NCBI GenBank assembly: GCA_034226945.1
Contig: CP120457.1
Location: 496,001-560,000, forward strand
Direction: 5' to 3'
DNA from: Picochlorum sp. SENEW3
Lineage: Eukaryota
DNA length: 64,000 nt
Shown: piece after piece, positions 1 to 11,010 of the stretch
How positions within the stretch are numbered: the first letter of the stretch is position 1
Layout: each line of letters opens with the position of its first letter
The notes under the pieces: model-generated
Told to the model about the DNA's origin: nothing
The model's input: the letters and a program-made list of their open reading frames with translations, nothing else
Database searches by the model: none
Made by a program: the position numbers and the translations under genes

Positions 1-2
1 AT

Positions 3-407
3 CGAGATGAAGCACACTCCAGATGGACGCTGCAACTGTGGGGATTGCCTCCTGGTAACTACTCATTCAAAATGATTGTTGATGGTGAATGGTGTGTTGA
101 TCTCTCCAAACCGTCGACGGTAGATGAATGGGGAAATAGCAATAATACCGTGTCTGTTCTATCCTGCGCTGGAGCCTTGCCAGAAAGCCGTCTGCATGGC
201 GATGGCATGGCAGTCTCACCAGCCATGCTGGAGGAGTACCCAGAGAGCACGACAACTGAAGGTGATGGTGATGATGGTAGTAGTGATAACGAGTTCAATC
301 TGGATTTGAACCAAACAACGGATTCGTCGCATGTTTATTCGGCCGAAGAGAGGCTGAGATTGGCTCGATTTGGCGCAAGTATATTGTCCTACTATAAAAA
401 AGTTTGA
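3..407 (+). CDS. 5'-truncated protein with a CBM48/AMPK-beta-like glycogen/starch-binding domain and an acidic tail
   Basis: Frame is open from base 3. LPPGNYSFKMIVDGEW...VDEWGNSNNTV matches the CBM48 pattern LxxGxYxxKFxVDGxW...DxxGNxNN. Confidence 0.75.
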   Translation, partial: RDEAHSRWTLQLWGLPPGNYSFKMIVDGEWCVDLSKPSTVDEWGNSNNTVSVLSCAGALPESRLHGDGMAVSPAMLEEYPESTTTEGDGDDGSSDNEFNLDLNQTTDSSHVYSAEERLRLARFGASILSYYKKV

Positions 408-1158
408 CCGATTTCCCATCCTGCATCTTCCGCTTCTTGATGATGGTAACCATGAATGTCTGGTTTAGTGTCGAATCCTTCTCTATTGGATTGCGCGTGG
501 CTTCTGACACATCAGCGAAGAACCTTGGTTGGTGACTATAGAGCCTTGTTCACAAATACATGCCGATGCCCACCCAGTGCATTGTACAAGCCCTTCACCT
601 ATGTAATAAAACCCTCCATCGAGTGCCACAGAAGGCACGTCATCTGTTGATCTGTTGGCCCGTCATGTTGCGTGGATCAAAACTGTAGACACTTCCAGAG
701 TCTTCTATGCCTACCCACAGATCTCTTGATGAAGAGATCTCCCTATCCGGTAGATCTCTCTCCATCTACCTTTACTAGACCGAGTCAACAACATTCGTGA
801 ATGCCATACTTCAGTGCCATACTCACCATATCCAATCTAATACATAGCTAAAAATTGAATTGAATTTTGCTTGAATACCTTTGTCTGGGTCATCCTGGTA
901 TACTACAAGAGTCGTTGCGATTTCTGTACTCTTGAACCGTGCTTCAGACAAGGGTTTTTGACTATTGCAACAAAGCCAGACCAGAGAGCTACTGTGGCAA
1001 CCATATAGTATTCAAAATCAAATATTGGCAATATTTACAGCCATCGTATAGCTTGTCTGGAACCAGTTTGTACGTTGGAGAGGTACTGATCTTTTCCTGT
1101 CGGAACTGTCGAGCAAACCTCGGTATTCCTCCTACATATGCAACGTCGTGCTAAGAAA

Positions 1159-2030
1159 ATGAATACTATGATTTCGAAAACATTTTCCATTCAAAATAGA
1201 AGAGCGAGAACGGTGGGGACTGTGGTAGAAGCCACGGCCGAGGGACAAAGGAGTCGTTTGAGGTGGGCTTTTTTTTAATTCCTCTTCTATTGTCGCCAGT
1301 ATCTGACGCAGAGCATGCACTTTATTTGTACTGCAGGGGTTCAAAAATGAAAAATCATACACACTCGCCTGTTCTGGTACCCCAACAGCAACAGAATTAC
1401 CAGCAGAAGCAGGGTCTTTCGTCCCATGCTGCAGTTGGAGCATCTGCTGCGGGAATGACAAGCCCAGCAAATGTGGCGTACAATATTTTGAATAGGTATA
1501 GGGCATTGGTGCTTGATGCGAGTTATCGTCCTATTGACGTTATTAATTGGCAGAGGGCAATTTGTATGGAGTTGCTGCAGAAAGCTGATGTGTTGGAGTA
1601 TTATGATACCGCCATCAGCTCTGTGAGCGAGCAATTCTTCCTTCCTGCTGTGATGAGGGCGAGATGGTACGGTGGGAATGTTGGGAGATTTAGCAGAGTA
1701 CCGTTTAATAGAAGGAATGTGATGCTGAGGGATGGGCTGATGTGCCAGTATTGTGGAAAGACAAAGGATTTGACATTGGATCACGTGATTCCTCAGAGTA
1801 AAGGTGGTCCAAATACCTGGGAAAATCTCGTTACCGCGTGTTCTCCGTGTAATACACGCAAAGGAGACTCTACACTTCGAGAGCTGCGTTGGAAATTGAT
1901 GAAGAAACCAAGAGAGCCAAGCCCTTGGGATATGGGCATCATTCTCTCCGGGTTGGGTATCTCTGATGTGGAAAAAGTGCCAGCAGAATGGTCGAATTAT
2001 TTGTTTAGTAGTGGCTCTGACACGGATTGA
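1159..2030 (+). CDS. HNH endonuclease (McrA-like, plant organellar type); exons 1159-1262 and 1337-2030
   Basis: LVLDASYRPI, RRNVMLRDGLMCQYCG, LTLDHVIPQSKGGPNTWENLVTACSPCNTRKG. A GT-AG intron at 1263-1336 joins a transit-peptide-like exon (MNTMISKTFSIQNRRART) in frame. Confidence 0.88.
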
Positions 2031-2217
2031 ACATGTGAACCTGATGTTTCATTTTGTCATGTCGTAGTTTTCCCTATTTTGTACTTTGAACCTTTTGTAT
2101 CCTACTTTCTACTATAGGTAAATCAATATTAATTGAAAATACAAGAAGAACACATCCAAGAGGTGCCATCTGTTGGACAAGGTGGTATTGCTCCAGTGCA
2201 TCATGCACTCAGCCACA

Positions 2218-2920
2218 TCATTCATCCTTGCCCCATTTTTTTCCCATCAAAGGCTCAACCTTTTTTCCTTTTATTTCACCGGTGGCTCCCTTCCACTCAG
2301 CAACACCGAGACTATAGCCCCAATCGCTCTGTGTTTCTATCACCACCCTGTCGCTGACTGGGCGAGCCATGCACAGCAAGGTCATCCCATCAGCCTGCTC
2401 CTCCTCACTTACCGTGAAACTGAGATCAGGAATCTGCAATGTATACATGTATATATTTATGAGTCTATATAGATGCGAGCATCATATCGCGCATCAGACG
2501 CACATCACTCATGTCAACCTCTCCCTCTACAACTCGACCAACACATGCTCCACAGATACCGCCTCTGCAAGTGAATGGGAGCTCCAGTCCAGCATCGAGA
2601 CCAGAATCTAACATATATGTGTCCTGCATATACATTTGACGCATGTGTGAGAGAATGTATGAAACGATATTACGACAACCAGGTGCAAGTCAAAACAAAC
2701 ACAGTACCTTGGCTGCTTGAACCTCCACCTCCTGACCCTTGGCACCTTTAAACACCAGTGTAGATTCTCCTTCGATATCTTCAGTCTTTGCCGTCGGAAA
2801 TGCAATCTTATCCCTGCAGAAACCATCCTCAGCGCGGACTCGAATGTCACTGCCGAGCCTTCCACCTCTGACTACCGGTCCGTATACCCCCGTCGCCTTG
2901 CTATACGACAATTTATTCAT
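2218..2920 (-). CDS. Plastid 2Fe-2S ferredoxin-like protein; exons 2920-2708, 2623-2504, 2433-2218
   Basis: Middle exon (not in the ORF track) reads DTYMLDSGLDAGLELPFTCRGGICGACVGRVVEGEVDMSD (C-x4-C-x2-C). The fourth Cys is in LLCMARP. Introns are canonical GT-AG and the N-terminus is transit-like. Confidence 0.9.
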
Positions 2921-3131
2921 CCTGGAGTTACTAATAGCAATGTAGTGTTTGTAAATGCCTGTAGATTGGTCGACACACGTATCTGAATGGAGCATGTTAT
3001 CCAGATGACACGCGTACGCGTTTAATGTCTTAATCTAGGAATAGGATGATCTTCGAGGCATATCCATTCCCACACATCATGGTCGCGCGTGTGATTGAAG
3101 TATTCTGATATCAATCAGTATCCAAAGCACC

Positions 3132-3962
3132 ATGCCGATGATGAATGTGGCTTCGATCAAGAGCGTCGCGAGGGCGACAGCAGTGCCATGGACCCACCAT
3201 GGACAACAACTCAAAGCCCGATACGCAAAATATAGGGTATATGCCGCCGATGAGGATAAAATGAAAGCATTGCAGGATGCTATGAATAATCCAGAACTCA
3301 TGAAGACTGTGGAAGAGCGAATGCGACAACCAGAAGTGCAGCAGGAAATGCAGTCTATGCAAGCAATGATGAGCGATCCTGAATTCATGGCACGAGCAGC
3401 ATCGTTGCGAGAAGACCCTGATTTAAAGCCAATGTTCGATGAGATCAAGACTGGAGGTATGGCAGCGATGATGAAGTATATGAATGACCCTACATTCCTT
3501 GCCAAGATTGGTGAAAAGCTTGGGGATGTGCCCATGACTGGTGGGCAAGAAGAGCAACCAGCGGCGGCAGCTCCACCGGAGATTAATACAATTTTAGATG
3601 CGGCTCGATATGGAGATGTAGAAGCCATTGAAGACTTTGTTGCTATCGGAAAGGCAGACATGACCGATGATTTGGGGAGAAACGCACTTCATTACGCTGT
3701 AGCGTATGATCAAGGAGCTGCCGCAGGGGCTCTTATCGAGAATGGAATTGATGTGAATGCTGCAGATTCCAAGGGAAACACTACACTGCACTTTGCTGCA
3801 GGATATGGGAGATCAAGTGCTGTCAAGGCTCTGATTACCGTTGGAGCACAGGTCTCAGCTAAAAATAATGATGGCCAGACGGCCGCAGATTTGATCAAAG
3901 CGGAACCTAGAAATCCATTGAATCAGATGGAGGAGATTATGCAAGAATTACAGTCGTCATAA
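3132..3962 (+). CDS. STI1/HOP-like DP-repeat plus ankyrin-repeat protein (AKR2-like architecture)
   Basis: DP/NP-rich helices (MNNPEL, MSDPEF, EDPDLKPMFDEIKTGG, YMNDPTFL) followed by ankyrin repeats (GRNALHYAV, GNTTLHFAAGYG, GQTAADL). Confidence 0.85.
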   Translation: MPMMNVASIKSVARATAVPWTHHGQQLKARYAKYRVYAADEDKMKALQDAMNNPELMKTVEERMRQPEVQQEMQSMQAMMSDPEFMARAASLREDPDLKPMFDEIKTGGMAAMMKYMNDPTFLAKIGEKLGDVPMTGGQEEQPAAAAPPEINTILDAARYGDVEAIEDFVAIGKADMTDDLGRNALHYAVAYDQGAAAGALIENGIDVNAADSKGNTTLHFAAGYGRSSAVKALITVGAQVSAKNNDGQTAADLIKAEPRNPLNQMEEIMQELQSS

Positions 3963-4309
3963 TCGATCGATTCGACGATCTCTGTGTAAAAACAAATAAA
4001 ACAAGACTTTGTACGACCACACATCATGCTCATTACACAACATCTCTGTCGGAGCAGTGTCCTGGGTCGCTTGCTCCATGGATCCATGCTCCGGATCCGG
4101 ATCGATCCATGCTCAAGCATGCATGGCCATATGGCCACGCTCGCGAGCTCGCGCGATCGGATTACGACATCGATGTGAGATATCTCATCAAACAATACAT
4201 GATAATGTCTGTCGCGACGAATCCAGGCGCGATTTTAATATGAACGTTTGATACATATTTTTATTTTGTTTGCTAAAAAAGCTAAAGAGAAATCATATTT
4301 CTTGTTGCC

Positions 4310-5359
4310 ATGGCACCCGAAACAACTCGCCACGGTTTCAACAGTGCACATCATCTTCTTCTGATGCTATGTCTTTCGGGTTTGGCCACATATGCTCGCT
4401 CTGAGACTGAAATAAACCAATTTTCAAACCTAGGGGGTCCACCCAACATACAGGGAGTTTGGAAAGGCAATAACACATATGCTGCCTTAGTCAGTCAGAG
4501 TGGAACCGCATTTGCCCTCACCACAGAATTAGCAAACGGAACTACCATGACGTATTTCGGTTTAAACCGATTTACAAGTTGGGAGTGTACTGGTGTCAAA
4601 CCAGGGCAGACCCGCGTGCTGATGGAGGAAATTGAAGTGAGCCAGTATGGTATTGTTGTGGAATCCAGGGTCAGATGTGACATGTATGGATCTATTGGTG
4701 ACAACCAATGGACTGTCATTACAGGAGATGGTGCCACATGTCCAGATCCTTCTGCTGATCCCGATTATGTGAACACACGCATTGAGGGCTCTACTGCCAT
4801 TCCTGTTGGACAACACGTGTGCAATGGGCAAGACAGCAACGTTGAACTGTGGAAAGATGGCCCAAAGTTTACCGGAAACTTGGATGACTTTGTTGTGGGG
4901 CAAGGTATTGGAACATTGACCATTCCAGTGACACCTAATAATGACGGCTTTCCACCAGTCTTGAGTAGTCCAGGGATGCCAGCTCCCTTCCTGGGTGGTA
5001 TGTACTTTATCAACAATAGTACATCTGGCAATTCATATGTCACAGAACTTGGTTACAATGTCAACGCTGGAAGTGTCACGCTGATCATGTACAATTCATC
5101 AACGTATCAATTGGGTCTTTCAGTACCCGGGACGCATGAACTGGTGGACAGCAACCTCCCTGGCTTGTACTCTGCGACGTATTCTGAATCATACCTGAAT
5201 GATAATGGTGAGATTCCATCCAGTGGTATCCAAACATGTGCAGCATTCTATTCTAGAGTGCCAGAGATTGTCTATGCTGTATCTTCACTCACTGAATGCC
5301 CCACGTTTAACGGAGCCATAACTCCAGAGAGAAGAGTTGGGACTGTGAAAGTGGTCTGA
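4310..5359 (+). CDS. Secreted protein of unknown function, probably two tandem beta-rich domains
   Basis: 349-aa intronless ORF with a signal peptide (LLLMLCLSGLATYA), paired Cys residues and several N-glycosylation sequons. TGTAA lies at about 5463. Confidence 0.7.
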   Translation: MAPETTRHGFNSAHHLLLMLCLSGLATYARSETEINQFSNLGGPPNIQGVWKGNNTYAALVSQSGTAFALTTELANGTTMTYFGLNRFTSWECTGVKPGQTRVLMEEIEVSQYGIVVESRVRCDMYGSIGDNQWTVITGDGATCPDPSADPDYVNTRIEGSTAIPVGQHVCNGQDSNVELWKDGPKFTGNLDDFVVGQGIGTLTIPVTPNNDGFPPVLSSPGMPAPFLGGMYFINNSTSGNSYVTELGYNVNAGSVTLIMYNSSTYQLGLSVPGTHELVDSNLPGLYSATYSESYLNDNGEIPSSGIQTCAAFYSRVPEIVYAVSSLTECPTFNGAITPERRVGTVKVV

Positions 5360-5939
5360 CCCACACCATCCTCTTGCGTGTGCACTCTGCGTACAAGGAA
5401 AAAAAAACCAAAACGGGTTGCTCGCATTACACATACAATTCAGGGCTTTTCTCTATTTGTGCTGTAATAACAAATCTTCACATATGATGCTTGATGCTCA
5501 ACCATGGAGATAATGCATGTATATTACTGGGAATACAACCAGTACATTCCAATCACAAGAAGTCACATTCAACGATGGCTGCAACCCGTGTCATTTTTGC
5601 GCTAAGAAACAAGACACCACGACATGGCACATAGAATTGTCGTTAACCCGGTGGCCTGGGATACTTGCAGTGGAGCAAAGTGTGACTTGGCCAGCTGTCA
5701 CAAGCCGCGGCTTGTGCAGTTGCCCTCCGGAGGGAAAGAAATCACAGCATGCGGCGATTGTACTGACTTCTTTCATGGCCACCGGGCATATACAACTGGT
5801 AAATAAAGAAATATAGAGAGTTATAGAATCCATAAATAAGCAGGGTTTTTCGAGAAAAGGAAGAAACCTACGAAAATTTTGCCGCAAACTGGGTTTCGGC
5901 ACCTTCAGATACTACAGTACACTACAGTCGGTCGCAGTA

Positions 5940-6959
5940 ATGCATGGTATTGTTTCGACATTGTGTCGATCCTTGTCATTGATATTTATTCTTATTCATG
6001 TGGAAAGTCGCACTCTTTCGGCATCCTATCCCTTGTCTCAGTACAACTATATCGCTGGCTCAGCCTCAAACGATGGTAAGACCATTTACCTATCGGGGCT
6101 TCAGGAAAACAATGCGGATCCCATTCTGCTTCAAACAAAGAACGGTGGAGCATCATACTCTACCCTCACAGCTGGAGACATGAAAATTGGGAGCGTTGCC
6201 ACGACAGGTGATGGAAAAACTATGGTGGCAGGCGCCGATGATGGTGTATACCTTGGGGTCTCACTGGACAAAGTATCCTCTAAATACTTGCCAAAATGCG
6301 CGATACAAGCCACAGGATTCTCCAGCTATCAAGTTTCCATGTCAGCAAATGGAAAGGTGATGGCAGCTGGATGTGCGAGAGCAGGGAATCTGATGGTGTC
6401 TACTGATTCTGGAAAATCATGGGACAAGGGCCCAAGTGGAAAGTGGGCCAGCGTGCAGGTGTCAAACAGTGGCGATTCGATCATCGCCGCTTCTTCTGAT
6501 TCAGTATATATCAGTAAAAATTCAGGGAAAACATGGAACAAGAGCCCCTTCACAGGGGCATATAATTCTGCAACCGTCTCTGGAGACGGGACAGTGTTCT
6601 ATGTGAATCAATATGCTTCTCGCTTCGGAAAGGATACTGGAAGCATGGTGAAATCCACAGACTATGGTCAAACATGGGAACCCGTCGCACCATGTATAGG
6701 GCTAGAACCTATCTCGTCATTCTCTGGAAAAAATGTTCTTGTCAAGGCAACCAATCCCAGCAAAGGCCCATGGCTCATGTCCACAAATGCAGGACAGAGC
6801 TTCTTCCAAACTGGACCGAAACCAGACAATGGTGGTTGCCGCTCGTGGCACACGATTGGATTTTCAAATCAAGGGAACAGTATCTACGGCACGTGTGACA
6901 ATTCGTTGTACAGATCAACAAATGATGGCAAGTCTTGGCAATCCATTGGGCCTGCCTGA
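5940..6959 (+). CDS. Secreted BNR/Asp-box repeat beta-propeller (sialidase/Ycf48/VPS10-like fold)
   Basis: Signal peptide plus six Asp-box-like units: TKNGGASY, STDSGKSW, SKNSGKTW, STDYGQTW, STNAGQSF, STNDGKSW. Confidence 0.8.
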   Translation: MHGIVSTLCRSLSLIFILIHVESRTLSASYPLSQYNYIAGSASNDGKTIYLSGLQENNADPILLQTKNGGASYSTLTAGDMKIGSVATTGDGKTMVAGADDGVYLGVSLDKVSSKYLPKCAIQATGFSSYQVSMSANGKVMAAGCARAGNLMVSTDSGKSWDKGPSGKWASVQVSNSGDSIIAASSDSVYISKNSGKTWNKSPFTGAYNSATVSGDGTVFYVNQYASRFGKDTGSMVKSTDYGQTWEPVAPCIGLEPISSFSGKNVLVKATNPSKGPWLMSTNAGQSFFQTGPKPDNGGCRSWHTIGFSNQGNSIYGTCDNSLYRSTNDGKSWQSIGPA

Positions 6960-7107
6960 GCCTTGTCTACCTGTTATGACGATGGTGATTGCATGTATTT
7001 TGAGCACCTACGCGTGATTTTTCACTTGTAATAAAAATCTCTGGTTATATTTTAGATACTAATCAGAGAATCACAGAATTACAGACAGAGTGAACTCTCG
7101 AGACGCC

Positions 7108-8677
7108 ATGGCAGAGGAAAACGGCCAAGACGAACGTCTGTATCAGGACGAGGTTGATTACGACGAGGAAGAAGAGGAAATACTAGATGAAGATATGATT
7201 GAGGACGAGGTTGATGACGACGATGGCATGGATGGAGAAATTGCTGTGGCAGGTGCGACGACTGCGATGCATTCTTTATACCCAGAGAATGCCCTTTCGG
7301 CATCGATTGATTCATCGATTGCATTAAAATTATATGTAACTATATCTGATGTGTGCAGAAGAGGATGAAGGAGCTGGTCAAGGAGGAGCAGGCGCAGACC
7401 AAGGCAAGGGACAAATGTTATACATTCCCGGAATCGGATACATACCATTGTCCAGTCTCGGTGGATTAGGCCAGGGATTGAATCTTGGTGGTGCTCGTCA
7501 GACACAGGCTGCACCGAATCCAGAGGGGGAGAGAGAATGGAAGGGATTTGGAGAGATGCCACTTGTGACACAGCAGTCCATCATGGATCTGGCAGAGGCT
7601 CTTGAGGAAGATGAGAAGAAAGATTTGACGATTCTCATTATTGGAAAGGGTGGAACTGGTAAGAGTAGTACAACGAATTCGTTGTTGAACGAAAAGGCTG
7701 CCAACGTGCTTACATTCCAGCAGGATAATACCCGCCCGATTGTGTATTCCAGAAGGGCACCTTCAGGATTTGTGTTGCATGTGATTGACACGCCATCTTT
7801 ATTGGATCAAGATGCCGTCTCAGAAGGGGTACGTGTGTATATATATTTTATATGTGTATTGTTGTGTATATTAAATATCTTTGTACACACAACACACATG
7901 CAGAGGTTGGAGGCTGTTGCCAAGTGTATCAAGGATAGAGAAGTGGATGCCGTCCTCTTTTTAGATAGACTAGATGAATACTCTGTTGGAACCACGGATA
8001 AAGCTCTTATCGCAGGGGTCACTCGATTCTTCGGCCCAGCCATCTGGGCCAACACAGTGCTGTGCTTCTCCCGAGGAGATGAGTCTTCTGCGCCACCTGG
8101 CATTGACTTTTATGACCACGTCGCCCAGCGTGAAAATCAAGTAAAGAATGCTATTGCATCTGCCGGTGGAGTCTCAGCAGATATGGCATCCGCCTTGATC
8201 GAAAATAGCTCTCGCTGCCCCACAAATGCAGATGGAGAAAAAATTGTTGCAGGTGATGTTCCATGGATTGCTGATGTTCTGGAAAAGGTGGTGGAGGTTG
8301 CATTAAACAATGCGCCATATGAATACTCCCCAGAAGATGCACAGAAAGCATCAAATCCAAACAGGCGTAGGAAATGGCTGATCCCATTGGTCCTTGCCGC
8401 ACAAATTGGTGCCAAGTTCCTCCTTGATAAACTCTTGGATGACGATGGTTGCAAGGGAGACGAAAACGGACCATTCGACTCACAAACCATCAAGGAACGC
8501 CGTGCAGAACTAAAAGAAGAGAAGGAAGAGAGAAGAAGAGAAAAACAGCGCAAGGCATCATCATCATCTTCCAACCCCTTGGCTGACCTGGATGATGATG
8601 ATGATGATGACATCCTCCCAGGAAATAATAATGATGATGACGACGGGTGGGATGATGATGACTTTGCCGACGAATAA
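7108..8677 (+). CDS. TOC34: Chloroplast outer-envelope import receptor GTPase Toc34; exons 7108-7252, 7359-7828, 7904-8677
   Basis: LTILIIGKGGTGKSSTTNSLLNE, VIDTP, LFLDRLD, LIENSSRCPTNADGEK, and the C-terminal anchor RRRKWLIPLVLAAQ. GT-AG introns at 7253-7358 and 7829-7903. Confidence 0.9.
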
Positions 8678-8920
8678 TAACTATTATATCATTATACATC
8701 CATGTTAGGGCGTATTAAGTCGGTTGTAGGATTTCTAATCGTATTGCCATACGATTTAAATCGAGAATATTTTCTCAGAATCCAACCTAATTTTTTTGAT
8801 GTTCAACTGAAACTGAAATCCACCGCCCATGCCATCTTTATTACGATGTGTCTACTGATTGCTGATAAGATGTATTCTTATCACAATACATCCCAAATGG
8901 ATCACTAGAAACCTTAAAAA

Positions 8921-10487
8921 ATGTGTACAGATGACGTTCAGCCTCCGTCCCCGTTCCAGCTTCAAGTCTGGCACAAGGGCGACACCAAAACTGCCCTTTT
9001 CAAAGGATTCTACAAACCAAGAAAGCATCATTTGCTTCTGAAAGATTTAATACATGAGTCTATCCCTTTCCATCACAAGGAAAAGGGCCATTTCACTGAT
9101 GACAAAGAAATCAAGGTAAGACGATGTTTGAATTTTCAAACTTTGTTCAACTCGATTGTGACGCAAACAACCCTTGAGCGCCAGAAATCTCCGACATAAA
9201 TATATTATTATTCATATGAAGGTCTTTGTGGGCATTTTGGCTGAACAGCAGGAGTTTCTTGCCCCATTTTCTGAACTTTGCTTGGCTGACTGTATAATCA
9301 TGTTCCAGAGCTGTTATCCCAATCGACTTGCTTCCAGTATGCAGATACGACTGGTCAGTATAAAGAAGATGAGTAATTCGGCATTGGATTGCACCTCTGA
9401 ATCGGGGGAGCAGGCATCAGCGAGTTGCAGAACCCAGACACCAAATGCTCTGGCTCGGCTGATGAGAAAGTCAACACTGCGAATCCATCTGCCACCAAGG
9501 ACACATGGTGGGCAAGAAAGAATTTACAATGAAGTTATCAACTACTTGGATGAACGAGAGGCATTTTGCTTTAACGAAGAGGTGGAGTTGAATGGAGTAG
9601 GAACCAGGGCAGCGAGGAAACTGGCGAAATGCATGTCTCTTCTGTCCTTTTTTGACACGCAGTTATATCCAACGACATCGACAAATGAAGTGAAAATACC
9701 TCTTGTTTTCAAGCGGTTTATGAACATGAATCAAGAATGCGATGCGAAATACTCCACAGAATCATTTCCTCCAAGTGGAGATATGGAGATGGTATGCTTG
9801 GACAAGGATGACATCAATAGCAGCGATCCCAGGAAGTGTATTGCTGAAACTTCTACAAAGAAAAAGCCTAGAACACTCACTCTAGAAGTATACGAACAGT
9901 TGGCGAAACTAGGCTCTGCTTTCCTTCGGGAGGCTGAGATGTTGCTTGATAGAGATGCCAACAAGCAAGGGGACTGGAGAACAGTTGGAAAGGAAGTTGC
10001 AGCGCTCGTGCTGATCTTGGAGCATCGATGGACTCGTTTGAAGAAGAAGGAGAGCAAGGACAAGGAGATAATGACAGATGAGCCTGAGATCCATACATGT
10101 AAATGGGGCAACTGGTTTGCTGTCCCACCAAAGCTCTCCTCAACATGTCGGCCTTGCATGGCTTCATTGAATACAAAACTTCTTGAGAACAATGTATGGG
10201 ACGTGATATATTTGGAAGAGTATCTTGAAAAGGCAAAGAAACACGTGCCCTACACAGAAACCGCTCCGTGGTTCAAAAATAGATGCGTCCGAGAGATCAA
10301 GGCAGGGGCATTGAGCTGTTCAGTGATTCTTTTTCAGCAAAAGATCGGAGGAGGCATTGCCAGTATCAATACTATCATTAAAATACCACAGGATTATTTC
10401 GAAGATGCAGCATCATACACAGACAAGACTCTCGCTGTTTTAGCAAGAATAGCAGCGAGAAAACGCCACAGAGAGGAGTCATCATAG
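8921..10487 (+). CDS. Hypothetical protein, possibly transposase-derived; intron 9116-9221; true start uncertain
   Basis: ORF 8921 splices in frame (AAG|GTAAGA...AAG|GTC) to the 437-aa ORF. No family could be assigned with confidence. Confidence 0.55.
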
Positions 10488-10598
10488 AACACCTAGAATG
10501 GTGCTACATATGTATTTAATACAGTATTATTCAAACAAGCATCAGCCTCCTTTGCAAGGAGTTTTTCAACCTTGTTCGTAGAAATCCAAACACACACA

Positions 10599-11010
10599 TT
10601 ATGATTGTTGCTGCTGACGACCACGACCTCGCCCAGCCCCTCGTCCCCTCCCCCGCCCAGCAAACGCCCTCCGCTCCTGCCGCTTCATATCATATTCTCT
10701 AGCCTTCTCCAACGTATCATCAGGAACTCGCAAATACTTGACCGTATTACCTCTAATATACACTTCAGGCATTCTCCAGAACGTATCCCCATCCTTTGAT
10801 GTACAAATAACTTCTCTCAAGTGCAAATTCATCCACGAATCACACTGCACCAAATGACCATTATACGTCTCCCCATTCTTCAACTCTACCAACTACAGCA
10901 TTTCAATTAAGAAATTTGTGATACAGATGACCACAGATTGTTGGACATATCATGCAACAACATACCACTGGATGGCCTTGACCACCCTTCAACAGCGCTA
11001 ACGGAAGCAT
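10599..11010 (-). CDS. LSM4: U6 snRNA-associated Sm-like protein LSm4; exons 11010-10966 and 10892-10599
   Basis: [51 protein letters not shown]...[13 protein letters not shown], followed by an RG-rich tail. Confidence 0.95.

Noticed and set aside
1159..2030. HNH nuclease as a mobile, homing or Cas9/IscB-like element
   Set aside because: Stand-alone HNH with a transit peptide and a spliceosomal intron, no RuvC motifs and no flanking repeats. It matches a conserved plant organellar family.
5517..5816. Short Cys-rich ORFs between the two secreted genes
   Set aside because: Overlapping short frames with no consistent motif or splice support. Cannot be called coding.
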